DNA of 64,000 nucleotides from an uncultured Acidobacteriota bacterium (lineage in GTDB: Bacteria; Acidobacteriota; UBA6911; RPQK01; JAPXNP01), in the NCBI GenBank assembly GCA_963777605.1, contig CAVZRV010000030.1, forward strand, positions 393,683 through 457,682, in the 5' to 3' direction. Shown here piece after piece: positions 8,487 through 20,092 of the stretch (its first letter is position 1; each line of letters starts with the position of its first letter). The notes beneath the pieces were generated by a model, which made no database searches, was not told the DNA's origin, and saw only the letters and a list, made by a program, of their open reading frames with translations. Both the position numbers and the translations under genes were made by a program.

Positions 8487-9475
8487 TGGAAAAGCCCTTC
8501 GCGAAAAAGGTAATCGGCTATCTTCCGGGCAAACTCCACGTTGCAGTGCCAGTGATCGCCGGGAGCTTCCTGTACGTTGTGTCCCGCCCTAAGCTCCTGA
8601 AAGAGAAGAGGGGCCAAGTCAAAGTGGCGGATGTTTCGTGCAGTCAGTTCATCAAGCGCAACTTCGCGGGCAGTGCAGTCGCGGGCGGACCACTTCTCCC
8701 GCTCTGCCAAGTATGGAAACAGGATGACGGTCAGAGAGCTCTTGGAGGGAAGCAGCACAGTCAATTGGTCGAGAGCTTCGCGAAACTCATCAGCAGACGC
8801 CTCGACGGAGGGCTGCTCCCCTCTGAAACGAACCGTGAGATAGTCCCTGAACAACTGTGAGTACCGGCCGAAGAACCGGTCAAGGCTTGAGAGCGGCCTT
8901 GCCGGGGCCACCACGTGCAGCTCGCCATCCTGGCCGACAAATGCGATTGGCGTGATCTGGAAATCATTCACGTGGAAAGTGAGCACGACTCTATCCGGAT
9001 CGATCTTGTAGTTGTAGCGACGATACAGTTCGACCTCCTGTGTCGTATTAAAGGAATCAACGCCGGCGTTCCAGTACTCATATCGCTCAGTCCCGTAGCA
9101 CTCACGCAGTGCGTCAATGATATGACCCCGAAAGGTCACCGAATCGCCCATGAAGAGAATCCGCTCAATCCCAGGACGTTTCTTCGGTGGATACGAGTTC
9201 AAAGTAGTTCCGAAGCGAGAGTAAAGAGCTTCTTCCGAGTGGGGTTCCGACCTCAGGAGAGGCCGGAACCCCATCCTGTTGTCAAGCACGAGAACTCGGC
9301 GTGCATGGTCAAGGTCCCAATTCAGCCAATCTAATTCCTGGCCCGCTCGACCTACCGCAATTGGGAGAAGGCGCGCGGCCAGTTCACAAAGGATAAGCGC
9401 ACAGATAACCCCCAAACACAAGGATAGCAGCCTGAATAGGAGTATTCGGCGACGGCTCGACCAGTCAATTCCCAT
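8471..9475 (-). CDS. Membrane-anchored SGNH/GDSL hydrolase-like protein
   Basis: N-terminal TM, RILFMGDS.T, NAGV.S.NT.QE, ND and D.WH.N motifs. The last codons and stop lie inside the IS6 terminal repeat. Confidence 0.8.
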   Translation of the reverse strand: MGIDWSSRRRILLFRLLSLCLGVICALILCELAARLLPIAVGRAGQELDWLNWDLDHARRVLVLDNRMGFRPLLRSEPHSEEALYSRFGTTLNSYPPKKRPGIERILFMGDSVTFRGHIIDALRECYGTERYEYWNAGVDSFNTTQEVELYRRYNYKIDPDRVVLTFHVNDFQITPIAFVGQDGELHVVAPARPLSSLDRFFGRYSQLFRDYLTVRFRGEQPSVEASADEFREALDQLTVLLPSKSSLTVILFPYLAEREKWSARDCTAREVALDELTARNIRHFDLAPLLFQELRAGHNVQEAPGDHWHCNVEFARKIADYLFREGLFQAPSN

Positions 9476-9950
9476 TAAATCAAGGATAATACATCCCAGT
9501 CTCCTGAGAGCTGATCACCTCGGTCTGCCACGGGAAGCGGTGGCTGCGAGCAGAAAACGCTCAGGCGTCGCACGTATGCGCACAACACGGAAACAGTGAC
9601 CTGCTGAAGGCTGTCGTTTAACTCCCAATCGCGAAGGTAGGGTTGGATGCCTCAAGAGACGTCTCCGTCAGGCATGCGCACATTCCGGGCTCCACTCCAC
9701 GGCTACCACTCTCTCCCTCCCGCTGTTGATCCACCCAAGGGCTCACCATTCGCAGGCGGAGAAACAGCCAGTCTCCAATGGCCAACGGAGCAGCCAATGA
9801 AATCCTACAATGAACGCGATTCTCACCCTCAAGCGCCAGAGCTTTTTCCAGCGGGCAGAAGCGTGCAGATGCGTTCCCGACCCCCTCCAATCCGCAAGCT
9901 AACTGTTTGACCAGGTCTCAGAGGTTTGAGGAATGTTGTCCCGAAGCCCA

Positions 9951-10922
9951 CTAATCCTCAAAACCGATGGGGAAGCGTGATGGGAGAACGCTCTGAACCC
10001 GCGGGTCGCGCTCCAATGCGCGAGCCTTCTCTTGGTCGCACACGACCAGAGCGATTGACGTCCCCACGCTGTCCAGCTGGAGACCATACTGCTCGGCCAA
10101 TCCTTCCATCTCCTGCGCGAGGTTATCCTGGGATACAAGACTTACAGCGTAGTAATCTGCTCGCTTGATCTCAAACGCTTGAGCGGCCCATAGGCGCTCG
10201 TCCTTGGAATACAAGGCGGTGGCTGCAAATGCAACGGGCTGAGCCCATACCGTGTAGAAAACCACCGAGCCTTGAGTAAACCCGTCAGGGATTTCGAACC
10301 ACTCGTCCAGAAAACCGGCGACATGAACCTGAGTCGGCGGAGTGGGAATGAAGAACCCCTTCCAGTCCACGAGATTCCCGTCCGGATCGAATAGATCGGC
10401 CCGATACGTTCCGGGCGTCTGGAAATACGCCGCAATGCCCGTATTGCTCACCAACGATTCCGGCCCTCCGTAGAGCACCGGAATGACGAACAGGCTTGCC
10501 AGTGGTCGGGCCGATATGGAAACCTGAGATGTAATTTCACCCGACTTGCGGACCACCAGGTTCGCGGCTACACCGAGTTCAGCTGATGCAGCGATGATCA
10601 CAGCGCCGTTGCGAAGCTCTCCCCCGACCAGATCAATCGCCCTGGATGCCCCGGATTCAAGAACGAAACTTCTGGGGCTTAAGAGTTCGTCGTCAGAGCC
10701 GTGGATTTCCACCTCAACCGCCCCAACGCCCGGGCCGGGATGGACTACAACGATGTGGGTTTCGATCGCGATCGATCCGGACCCACCTCGGGCCACTTGC
10801 GGCAGGATGACCCGGAAATCATTCAGGCGAAGTTCCTCGGCGAAACCAAGACTCGTATGGAATATCCAGCAGCAGAAGCAAAGAAGACCCATCACGACGG
10901 GGATCACTCTCCGAGTATGCAT
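9951..10922 (-). CDS. Secreted hypothetical protein
   Basis: Long ORF with AGGAG ribosome-binding site (RBS) before ATG 10922 and a signal peptide; directly downstream of the S8 peptidase. Confidence 0.65.
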   Translation of the reverse strand: MHTRRVIPVVMGLLCFCCWIFHTSLGFAEELRLNDFRVILPQVARGGSGSIAIETHIVVVHPGPGVGAVEVEIHGSDDELLSPRSFVLESGASRAIDLVGGELRNGAVIIAASAELGVAANLVVRKSGEITSQVSISARPLASLFVIPVLYGGPESLVSNTGIAAYFQTPGTYRADLFDPDGNLVDWKGFFIPTPPTQVHVAGFLDEWFEIPDGFTQGSVVFYTVWAQPVAFAATALYSKDERLWAAQAFEIKRADYYAVSLVSQDNLAQEMEGLAEQYGLQLDSVGTSIALVVCDQEKARALERDPRVQSVLPSRFPIGFED

Positions 10923-10932
10923 GTCAACTCTC

Positions 10933-12996
10933 CTATCGAAGTGATACGAATTCTCGAATATAGAGATGGTGAGTGCCTGTCTCCCCACTAGAACCGTAGT
11001 ACATTAAAACAGGAACCGCATTAGTACCCAGATCCCAACTATACGGGAAGTTCACCTGAATGAAGTGATCTCCGGAACCAGTCGTAATCAAGGGAGTCCC
11101 GTTGTCGGAATTAGACGCATAGAGAGTTACAGATTCGTCCGTGATTGTGACTGCAATCGACAGATTCTTCACGCCTCGCAGATCCAAGTAGTAGGGACTG
11201 TATGAGAGGTCCGTCAACGGTGTATCGTAGACAATAAATGGATATGAGCGGTCAGACGGTCCCTTTAGATCTATCCCTGCAAATACATAATCGCCGAAAC
11301 TCATGCGCTTATAGGTCCCCAGTGTGCCACAAGTCTGATTCGTTATTCCAGCATTTTCCACCAAGCCCACGCTTATTCGGCCCATCTCATTCATAATGTC
11401 AGTGCCCTCGTTCCGAGATGTCACTCGAATGACCAGCGTTTGATCTTGGTTTTCCGGAGGAAATTCAGCCCAGTATCCTGCGATCGTCATGGCAGTAGAA
11501 CCGGTAAATTCCGCATCGATGGCGACATCGTCCGTGTCGACACCGTTGCTGTCGTCAACTTTACGAAGGACGGGATCACAAAGCGCGTATCCGTTCTGTG
11601 GTACGGCCCAACGGCTCTTAGTTGGGTTACTTAGAAACAAGCGTTGAGACGCCGGGCTGTCATCAAAGCTATCTCCAAATGCCCAGGGAGCGAGGTTTGC
11701 ATTCAACATACGCCCGGTGTGCGTCACGCCGACGAGTGAGCCCGTCGATACGGGCTGAGACGACAGGAGCAGATTCTCCTTAATCTGCCAATATGTAAGA
11801 TCGGGATTCACGCTCTTCATCATACCAGCAACCCCCGAGACCAACGGGGCGGCCCAAGAGGTTCCACTATTGCGGCAAGTCGTTCCACAGTAGTTGACTG
11901 TGGCAGGATCGGCGCTGGCGCCCTCGGCGGTCCCGCCGCCATTTGTTGTACTATAGATCGCCACTCCGGGCGCAGCCAAGTGAACGCCTCGTCGGCCCAG
12001 GTTGGAGAAGCCCGCAAGGTTGCCAGCCTCATCTACAGCAGCAACACAAATGACATTCTTCAAATGATGTTTGCACGGAAAGACATCCCCGGCTTCCCAG
12101 TTCGTAGTATCAACATCGCGTCCATCGTTCCCTGCAGAGAATACAAAAAGTATATCATTGTCCTGCAAACTCTCGATGGCGGAAGCAATGTTGCTGTATT
12201 CATGGATCCCGTTCCAGCTATTGTTGATGATCTTTGCACCTTGGTCTTTCGCATAGCCATACGCCTGGATGAAGTCCGCTTCAGTGGGAACCCACTGTCC
12301 CTCAACCCAAATTGGAGACAAAAGTTTGAGCGGGAGGAGGTTCACGTCCCACATCACTCCTGTCGCGCCAATGCCATTATCACCAACTGCGCCAATTAGT
12401 CCGGCCGTGAAGGTCCCGTGATCGTCGTCGTCATCGACTGGAGCATCGCCATCCTCATTCTCGTCATCGCGAAAGTTCTTGGCGTTGTCCAAGTCAAGAT
12501 TGTCCACCAAGTCCGGGTGGTCCACATCAACACCAGTATCCACGACAGCAATCGTGACGTTTCCAGACCCTGTCTCCCACCTCCACAATTCTGGAGCATC
12601 GATGGCATCCAGGTGCCATTGAGACGAGAAGCCAGGATCATTCGGGATTCTGACAGATGCTAGATCGGCCCAGACCACAGCGTTGCGCCTCGCCCGATGA
12701 ACGACAGGAGAGTGCTCATAGGCTAGGATAGCGGCATCCAAGTTTGCTTGATCGGGTAACTCAATCTCAAAGAAGATGACCTCCTTTGTCTCCAGCAGCC
12801 TTCTTCGGACAGTGGCACTATTCGCAGCGTTCAGGGCATCGAGTTGGGACTTGGATGCTCCCGCATGGACCTGTAGGATCAGGCTGTTCGGGCGGAATTC
12901 TTCCCGTTGGCCAAATCCAATCAGTCCTATTGAGATGCACTCCAACACGACAAACATGAAGATCGGGAGAATGGGTTTCTTCACTGGTACTCTCAT
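10933..12996 (-). CDS. Secreted S8 (subtilisin-like) serine peptidase with C-terminal extension
   Basis: Signal peptide, propeptide, PNDP, triad motifs AVVDTG / HGTFTAG / SGTSWAAPLVSG, and oxyanion motif SAGN. Confidence 0.95.
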   Translation of the reverse strand: MRVPVKKPILPIFMFVVLECISIGLIGFGQREEFRPNSLILQVHAGASKSQLDALNAANSATVRRRLLETKEVIFFEIELPDQANLDAAILAYEHSPVVHRARRNAVVWADLASVRIPNDPGFSSQWHLDAIDAPELWRWETGSGNVTIAVVDTGVDVDHPDLVDNLDLDNAKNFRDDENEDGDAPVDDDDDHGTFTAGLIGAVGDNGIGATGVMWDVNLLPLKLLSPIWVEGQWVPTEADFIQAYGYAKDQGAKIINNSWNGIHEYSNIASAIESLQDNDILFVFSAGNDGRDVDTTNWEAGDVFPCKHHLKNVICVAAVDEAGNLAGFSNLGRRGVHLAAPGVAIYSTTNGGGTAEGASADPATVNYCGTTCRNSGTSWAAPLVSGVAGMMKSVNPDLTYWQIKENLLLSSQPVSTGSLVGVTHTGRMLNANLAPWAFGDSFDDSPASQRLFLSNPTKSRWAVPQNGYALCDPVLRKVDDSNGVDTDDVAIDAEFTGSTAMTIAGYWAEFPPENQDQTLVIRVTSRNEGTDIMNEMGRISVGLVENAGITNQTCGTLGTYKRMSFGDYVFAGIDLKGPSDRSYPFIVYDTPLTDLSYSPYYLDLRGVKNLSIAVTITDESVTLYASNSDNGTPLITTGSGDHFIQVNFPYSWDLGTNAVPVLMYYGSSGETGTHHLYIREFVSLR

Positions 12997-13268
12997 TGGA
13001 GTCTCCTTCTGTCATTTTGGTCTGGTTTGAGAATTGTGCGCGAAGTACGGTTCCGAGATAACAGCGACGATCGTTCAGCTGACGTACGCTGAAAGGAGGA
13101 GTCTTCAAGCTGTGCCCGCTGGCGAGGCATATCATCACACACTAGGTTGAAGACTCTGAGCGGTGGCTGATTCTCCATAACAAACGCCTTCGGGTGGGTC
13201 TTTCACTCTGTGGGAACTTACAACCCGGAGCGGACCTTATCCCAGCATCGGCCTCTCGCGGAAAACAA

Positions 13269-13316
13269 TTCGGCACAGCCGAACACTTCAGGCCGGAAGT
13301 GTTCGGAATATCCGAA
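13269..13316. promoter_or_regulatory. Bipartite palindromic operator, copy 1
   Basis: TTCGGcacagCCGAA-N18-TTCGGaatatCCGAA between the divergent S8 peptidase and XRE copy 1. Confidence 0.7.
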
Positions 13317-13407
13317 CGTTTTCGCATCTTCGGCAATAGGGAATCGGTAGTTGACTTGGATTTCGATGGAGGTCCCTCGAAAGAACCAGTGGAGTCCTTC
13401 TGGGCCC

Positions 13408-13436
13408 TTGACTGATTCGGAACCGGGCGCTAACGT
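13408..13436 (+). promoter_or_regulatory. Sigma70-type promoter of XRE copy 1
   Basis: TTGACT-N17-TAACGT, conserved upstream of the second copy. Confidence 0.6.
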
Positions 13437-13468
13437 GTCTCCGAAATGGGTGGAAGGAAGCGACAAAC

Positions 13469-14045
13469 ATGAGTGAGAGAGAATCGGTGAACGACTTCAT
13501 CCGGCAGCGGCTTCGTCGACTGCGTCTTTCCAAGAACGTGGGATTGAGGAAGCTTGCCGACCGAGCCGGAATCCCCTCGAGTTCGTATGCCTCGATGGAG
13601 GCCGGAGCGTATCGCCTGAACCTGGAGTCCTTGTTTCGAGTGCTCGGCGCGCTCGAGGCCGATATCACGGCGGTCTGGCCGTCGGAAGCTTCCAGAGCCC
13701 GCGCCGAGGACAGCGAACTCCTCTACCAGCGACAGCTCCAGGAATTTCGCTTGGGAGAAGTGATCCGACTGTCCCAGGCGGAGGGAGGCGCTTGTTCGAG
13801 GCCCGCGGCCGGTCCTGCCGGATCGTGATGTACCAGAACCTGAGTGACTTCCTGCTCGATCGATGCCTCGTTCGCCTGGAAAACGGAGATCCTCCGAACC
13901 AGGGCCTGTGGTGGCACCAGGATTTCCTCGACCCACCTACCATTTCTTCCTCAAGGCGGAAGGGTGCCCGAGTTTCGTGGAGAAGCTCGTTCAGCACTAC
14001 CTGGTCAACTGGTGCGCGCTGTTTGCGGAGGAATCAGGCGACTAG
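13469..14045 (+). pseudogene. XRE-family HTH regulator, copy 1 (frameshifted)
   Basis: RLRRLRLSKNVGLRKLADRAGIPSSSYASMEAG helix-turn-helix. Near-identical to 26456-27034, with indels near 13792 and 13930. Confidence 0.8.
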
Positions 14046-14297
14046 CGCCCGGACCAGCCTGAGTTCCAGCGCGGAGAGCACGCGAATGTCGTTGAGACTG
14101 GCCGAGAGCTTGCTCTTCAAGGACATCACCCCGTAGGTGAGGTAGAAGGCGGCAACCAGCCCGTAGGATTTCAGTCCCAACTCCCGTGTCCGGATGAGTC
14201 CCAGGACGTCCGCCCGGAGCGAGCGGGAGTACTCCGCGAAGAGAAACTTTCCTTTGCCCGACTTTGACATCAGGTATTGCGTGTCGGGTGCTTCCAG
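14034..14297 (-). pseudogene. 5'-truncated copy of the small membrane protein at 27023-27445
   Basis: LEAPDTQYLMSKSGKGKFLF...RLVRALVA matches the intact copy; homology stops near 14297. Confidence 0.8.
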
Positions 14298-14461
14298 ACT
14301 CGACTGTGATGAGCCATTAACATTTGTCAACAGCCGCCTAATGGGGGGCACCGCGGTGCACAATCTCCCCGGGGCATTTGTGGCAATAGCGGGCGCCTCC
14401 GACTTCGCGTTGCGCCGTCTGGCCGGCTGTTGACATCAGATGCGGACAGTCCCCGACCGAT

Positions 14462-16480
14462 TCAAAGTGCGAACGCCTGAAGCCACTGATCCTGATACAC
14501 GGGTCGTAACCCAAGGCACCCCCGGACGAAATGGTCGTTGCCGTAGAACGGGACGATAATCCACTTGAAGCCAAGCTTTCGCAGTTTGTCGAGCGCCGCG
14601 GAAGGCGACAACTGCTGAAATTGTTCGTTCTTGTAGACAATCCAAGAGAACCCTTCGTTACCGAGCCTTGGGCTCGCCAGAACCGGCACAACACCGCCGT
14701 CCATTTCCAGCAGCTTGGGCACTATGGCAACCGGCTCACAAAAGGTGATTCGAATGAGACCGCTTTCCTCAGAGCCCAGCGGGAGAGGCGACAATTCCGT
14801 GGAAGTGGTTCTGGCTGCAACCTGCTTGTCCTGGAACCAAACGTTCATCGGCGATCTTGACGAGAACTACTTCACGCCCGGAGCCGCGTACCCGAGCAAC
14901 ACCAAGTGGTACCGTTGGGCGGGATCGAGAGGCCCATCATCTCCCGGAGGGAAATCCTCCAGGTCGGCGATTGACAAAATAGAGGGGCCGGTTCTCCGCC
15001 AGGAGCTGGCGCAGAGGCTCCTGGGCGCGGAAACTCAGTGCGTCAGTGCTGGCTCGGCTCACAATCGGTGCGCTGAGCATCTTCTTGTGGTGAATTGTCT
15101 GGTAGAACGCTGCATTGGGGCCACTGTGGAGGTCGATCACGGCTCCGTCGGTTTGGGTTTCGAGCCATGAATAAAAAGAGCTGACATTCGGTCGACTCAT
15201 CTTAAGCGGCACCGCGAGGGATTCGGCGGCAAGCAAGACCCCAAGCGCCACTACCAATGCTGGCCCTCGGCGAAGCTTCGTTATGCGATCGATTGCTGCT
15301 CCGTATAAGAGCGCAAGGCCCAGGTATGTCAGCAGGTGGAACCGGGCAGCGCCTCTAAAAAGTCCAAAGCCCGGTACGTTCCGAACCAGGAAAACGGCAT
15401 GGCTTCGCCGGTGATCTGCTGACCGCCCAGCTGGAGGACCGGCCCGAGTGACAGGACGAAGAACACGCCGATCCAAACGGCGGATCGGGTACTCCAGGGC
15501 CGCTTGAGCCCGAACCAAGCCCAAACCGCCAGACACAACAAACTCCAGGGAACAAACTCCCCGGATTCGGCCTCTCCGCGATCCACTTGGTGTTTAACTG
15601 ATTGAACCAGCTGCCGTACGTCGAAGCGGGACCCGGAACGAAGAACGACTGAAGGTCGGCGGAATACATCCCGGCCAATTGCTCCGGGGAAATCCGCCTT
15701 CTCCATTTGAATCATTGGGATAATGAGTGGGCTCAACACAATGACCGCCGCGAGAACTACACTTGCGCTCCCTATCAGCTGTTTCCAGCGTGGTTGACAC
15801 GCTTCCCGGAAAACAAGCGTGATAATGAAGAGTCCGCAGATTCCAAAAACGAAGTAGTACCAGTCACAAAGGCCCGTGGCCACCAACCAAAGCGCAGCCG
15901 CAGCAACCCGATGCGGGGTCCAACCTTGCCGGACCCCTCTCAGGCTCGACAGGAAGAAGAACGGAAGCCATTGGTAGTTGATGAGGTTGAAATGCCCGAG
16001 GCTCTGCGAAAAGTGATAGGGGGAGAAGGAGAAAGCACAGCCCGCGAGGAAAGCACCGAGAGAACCAACTCCCAGATAACGCGCCAATCGATACGCACCA
16101 AAGCCCGCCAACACGAAAGTGGTGAAGGCGAATACATTGGAAATCGTCAACAGGGATAGAGCCCCTTGAAGCGGTACCGACAAGATTGAAGGGAGGAGCG
16201 CCCGACTGTGCAAGTAGGTGCACTCTCCGTGTGGGAAGGCAATGTAATCAGTACAGAACGGACTCTGTCCCCGTAGGAGCGAGAATCTCAGCCACCACAT
16301 GTTCCAGAGAAACAGCCACGCTTCACCGTCACCAAGTAGTCGATCCCGGAGTCTAAAGGCTAGAGGGTGGGTCAGAGCGACTGTCAACAATCCGTATCCG
16401 ACTAACGCCAAAGGCCCGTAGTCCCGCGCCGCCAACAGACTGCGGACCTTCAGCTGCACCTTGACTCCTTGACTGTTCAA
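14462..16480 (-). CDS. Polytopic membrane protein, GT-C/YfhO-like glycosyltransferase (frameshifted)
   Basis: W..WW, F.T.YI.FP.G, AF.FSPYH...GH.N, YSADL..FF.P, LSLGP and AR TM-loop motifs spread over four overlapping ORFs. Confidence 0.65.
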
Positions 16481-16554
16481 TCGATATGTCCAACAAGGTA
16501 CACTGCGTATCCTCAGAGCAAACGGCCGACATGTGTCGAGTCAGCAAAGAGGGG

Positions 16555-17499
16555 CTACCCACGTCTTCGGAATCCATCTTCCAAACACGCGCCTATGGTA
16601 CCTCCAAAACAAGCCGAGAGCCATTCGAGTGGAACAATTATCGACTCTGACACAGGTACCCTACAGGTCAAGTCAGGAGACTGGGGGCCAGAGAAATTTG
16701 AATCCTCCGCCCCCACGTCGAACGTTACTGTACTGAAGTGCAGAGCGATGATCCACTGGTGTTCGGAGAAACCGTAACCGTTGCCCCAGACCGGATACCA
16801 CGGGATCAAGCTTAATGAAACCCACAGAATCGTGCCAGACGCCCTTGTTGTCTGCGATAGTGTCATCCAGATCCCGAAAGAGGTCAATGACGGTCGATTG
16901 GTTAGGTGCGAGTGTCACTGGAGTGGACTCTGCCCAGTCCCATGCGTGCCCTTGCGTGCATGTCGACGAGTGGCCGTGAAGGCCTTTAGTTAAGGGATTC
17001 TGAACCCAGACGTCCGTTGTGGTGGCAGAGTAATTCTGAAGTTGTACTTTCGTCTGCCAGCCCTTCGGCCAGGAGCTCATGTTGTGCCAAAATGTAGCAA
17101 GTGGAATAACGATCCTCTGAATCCCCGAGTCCAAGTGGCCGGTACCGTCACCCCAACCTTGCCAAGCAGTCGCAAGCGCATAGCTGCACGAAGCCGTACT
17201 GATTACTTCGTCTCCGGTATTGAAAGAGTGCGGACTATAGCTGTAGAATTGCCCCCGGTAACCGACGCTACACACGCGCATCTTTCCCGACCACTCGTGG
17301 CCAGACCCCTCGGAACAACCAGGAAACGCTGCCCAAGCTTGCACACCGGCTCTCAGCCAACGTTGACCCTCGCTCCAGGCGTTGACAAGGTCCTCAGCTC
17401 CGTCGCCGTTATCGATTACGCATTCACCGATTGCCGTTCCGTCCATTTCTTTGTTCAAGCAATGGTTTGGAGCCTCATATACATAGTTCGCATCGTCAG
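16555..17499 (-). pseudogene. C-terminal part of a Cys/Trp-rich, probably secreted protein whose 5' end is removed at the IS21 left end
   Basis: Coding-like sequence (DDANYVYEAPNHC...TKVQLQN) begins exactly at the IS21 terminal repeat. The 3' end is uncertain. Confidence 0.5.
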
Positions 17500-17786
17500 T
17501 GCGTATTCCGGGCCAAGTTGACCACTGATTCCGATCGAAGTTGTCCAGGGATTCCGGGGGAAGTTGTCCGGTGATTCCGACGTGAAGTTGTCCACTTTCG
17601 GGGTGGGCAGCGGAACGGTGGAAACGAGGTCCGGAATGGTGGACAAGATCCCCGGAATGGGTGGACAACTTCGTCCGGAATGGCGGACACGTTCCCCGGA
17701 ACGGTGGACACGATCGCGGAATCGGAGTGAAAGCGGCGCTGGATAATCGCCGGTAAGGTGGACCTCCTTGAGGAAAGGAGGTGCCG

Positions 17787-19351
17787 ATGCCGGCCCGGAG
17801 GTTATCCATGCGAAAAATACGAGAAGTACTCAGACTGAAGTTCGAACTGGGATTGGAGAATCGGCAGATCGCCCGCAGCTGCCGGATCCCGCACAGCTCC
17901 GTGGGCAACTACCTGAAACGGGTCCGACGGGCCGGCTTGAGTTGGCCGCTGCCCGCGGATCTGGACGATGAAGCGCTGGAGCAGCGGCTGTTTCCGCCCG
18001 AGGAGCAACCGCCGGAGGCGTCGCGGCCGCTGCCCGACTTTGCCGCCATCCACGAAGAACTGCGCCGTCACAAGCACGTGACGCTGCAGCTGCTGTGGCA
18101 GGAGTACAAAGCAGGTCTATCCCGACGGCTACCAGTACAGCCGCTACTGCGAGCTCTATGCCCGCTGGAAACGAAAGCTCGATCTGGTCCTGCGCCAGGA
18201 TCACCGCGGCGGCGACAAGCTGTTTGTCGATCATGCCGGACAAACCATTCCCGTCACGGATCCCCGGACCGGCGAGATCCGGGAAGCCTATCTGTTCGTG
18301 GCCACGCTCGGGGCCAGCAACTACACCTATGCCGAAGCCACCGAGCATCGCGACCTGCCCGCCTGGATCGGATCGCACGACCGGGCCCTGGCCTTCTTCG
18401 GCGGGGTGCCCACCGTGGTGGTGCCCGGACAACTGGAAGACCGGCGTCACCGACCCCTGCTTCTACGAACCCGAACTCAATCCGACTTACCGGCAGTGGG
18501 CCGAACACTACCGGACGGCGGTCATCCCGGCCCGGGTCCGAAGGCCACGGGATAAGGCGAAGGTCGAAAACAGTGTGCTCATTGCCGAACGCTGGATCCT
18601 GGCGGCGCTTCGCAAGCGCACCTTCTTCTCCATCGCGGAGGTCAATCAGGCCATACGGGAACGGCTCGTCGAGTTGAACCACCGCCGGTTCCGCAAGCTC
18701 GACACCAACCGGGCCCAACTCTTTGAAGCGGTGGACCGGCCGGCCTTGAAGCCGCTGCCCGAACGCCCCTATCCCTATCGGGAATCGAAGAAGGTTCGGG
18801 TCCATCCCGACTACCACGTCGAGATCGACCGCCATTACTACAGCGTTCCCTATCACTACGTCCACGAACAGCTGGAGGCCCGGATCGGCGAGAAGATGAT
18901 CGAGATCTTCCGCTGCGGCCTGCGGGTGGCGGTGCACGTGCGAAGCTTCGCCGTCGGTCGCCATACCACCCTGGACGAGCATCGTCCCCCGCAGCACCAA
19001 AACCTCGAATGGACCTCCGATCGGATGATCGCCCGGGGCCGGGCGGTCGGTCCGGCGACGGCCGAGGTGCTCGAGCGGATCATGGCCTCCCGTCCTCATC
19101 CCGAACTCGGTTACCGCTCCTGCATGGGTGTCCTGCGACTGGGGCAACAGTATACGAACGAGCGGCTCGAAGCCGCCTGTCGGCGGGCCCTGTCGGTGAA
19201 CACCTGCTCGTATCGCAGCATCCGCTCCATTCTCTCGACCGGACTCGACCGCCGGCCCGTCGAATCGCCCCCGGCTTCTCCCGCTCACGACACCGTGCAT
19301 CCGAACGTGCGCGGCTCGTCCTATTACGGCTCGAAGGAGGTGCGGTCATGA
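17787..19351 (+). CDS. istA: IS21 transposase IstA (frameshifts near 18110 and 18425)
   Basis: LSMRKIREVLRL, LLWQEY, FVDHAG, PDN.KT, P.DKAKVE, and D.H.YSVP motifs. Confidence 0.92.
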
Positions 19352-20092
19352 CGCGCGAGCAGACCTTCGACCAACTCTACAGCCTCAAACTGCACGGCCT
19401 GGCCGATGCGCTTCAGAAACAGCTGGACAATCCCGAGATGGACGGCCTCGGCTTCGAAGAGCGTCTGGCGCTGCTCGTCGACGCCCAGTATCTGTGGCGG
19501 GAGAACCGGGCTTATGCCACGCGCTTGCGTCAGGCCCGCCTGAAGACGGCCGCCTCGATCGAGGACATCAACTACCGACATGCGCGCAAGCTCGATCGTT
19601 CGCTCGTTCAGTCGCTGGCGACTTGCGAGTGGATCCGCCGCCGCCACAATCTGACGATCATCGGACCCTCCGGCGTCGGCAAGACCTACCTCTGCTGTGC
19701 CTTTCTGGAGAAGGCCTGCCGGGAGGGCTTTCGCGTCCACTATGCGTCGGCTTCGAAGTTCTTCCGCCAACTCGGCATGGCCTGGGCCGACGGCAGCTTC
19801 GATCGGCTCCTCGCCAAACTGGCCCGCACCGATCTGCTGGCCATCGACGATTTTGGATTGGTCCCCCTGACCGATCTCGAACGCCGTCACCTGCTCGAGG
19901 TCCTCGACGATCGGACCCAATCCCGCTCCACCCTGCTGGCCAGTCAGTTCCCGATCGAAAACTGGCACGAACTCGTCGGCAGCCCCACTCTGGCCGACGC
20001 CATCGTCGAGCGGATCCTGGCCAACAGTCACCGGATCGAACTCGAAGGCGAAACCCTGCGTCGGCTCGAGGCCGGAGGAGGTGACGCCATGA
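19348..20092 (+). CDS. istB: IS21 helper ATPase IstB
   Basis: Walker A GPSGVGKT, Walker B LLAIDDFG, ADAI.ER and RIEL.G motifs; ATGA overlap with istA. The stop position is uncertain because the frame reads through into ORF3 in this assembly. Confidence 0.92.

Noticed and set aside
13301-13317. LexA/SOS box interpretation of GTTC...GAAC
   Set aside because: The spacing (N9) and the fixed paired arrangement do not match LexA boxes I know, and the linked genes are not SOS genes.
17500-17730. Short repeats resembling a CRISPR array or iterons
   Set aside because: They are the multiple subterminal transposase-binding repeats typical of IS21 ends, mirrored near 20900-21013. There are no unique spacers and no cas genes.
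16673-17908. 411-aa ORF as a single gene
   Set aside because: Its N-terminal third is antisense read-through of the IS21 left end; only the part below 17500 looks coding.
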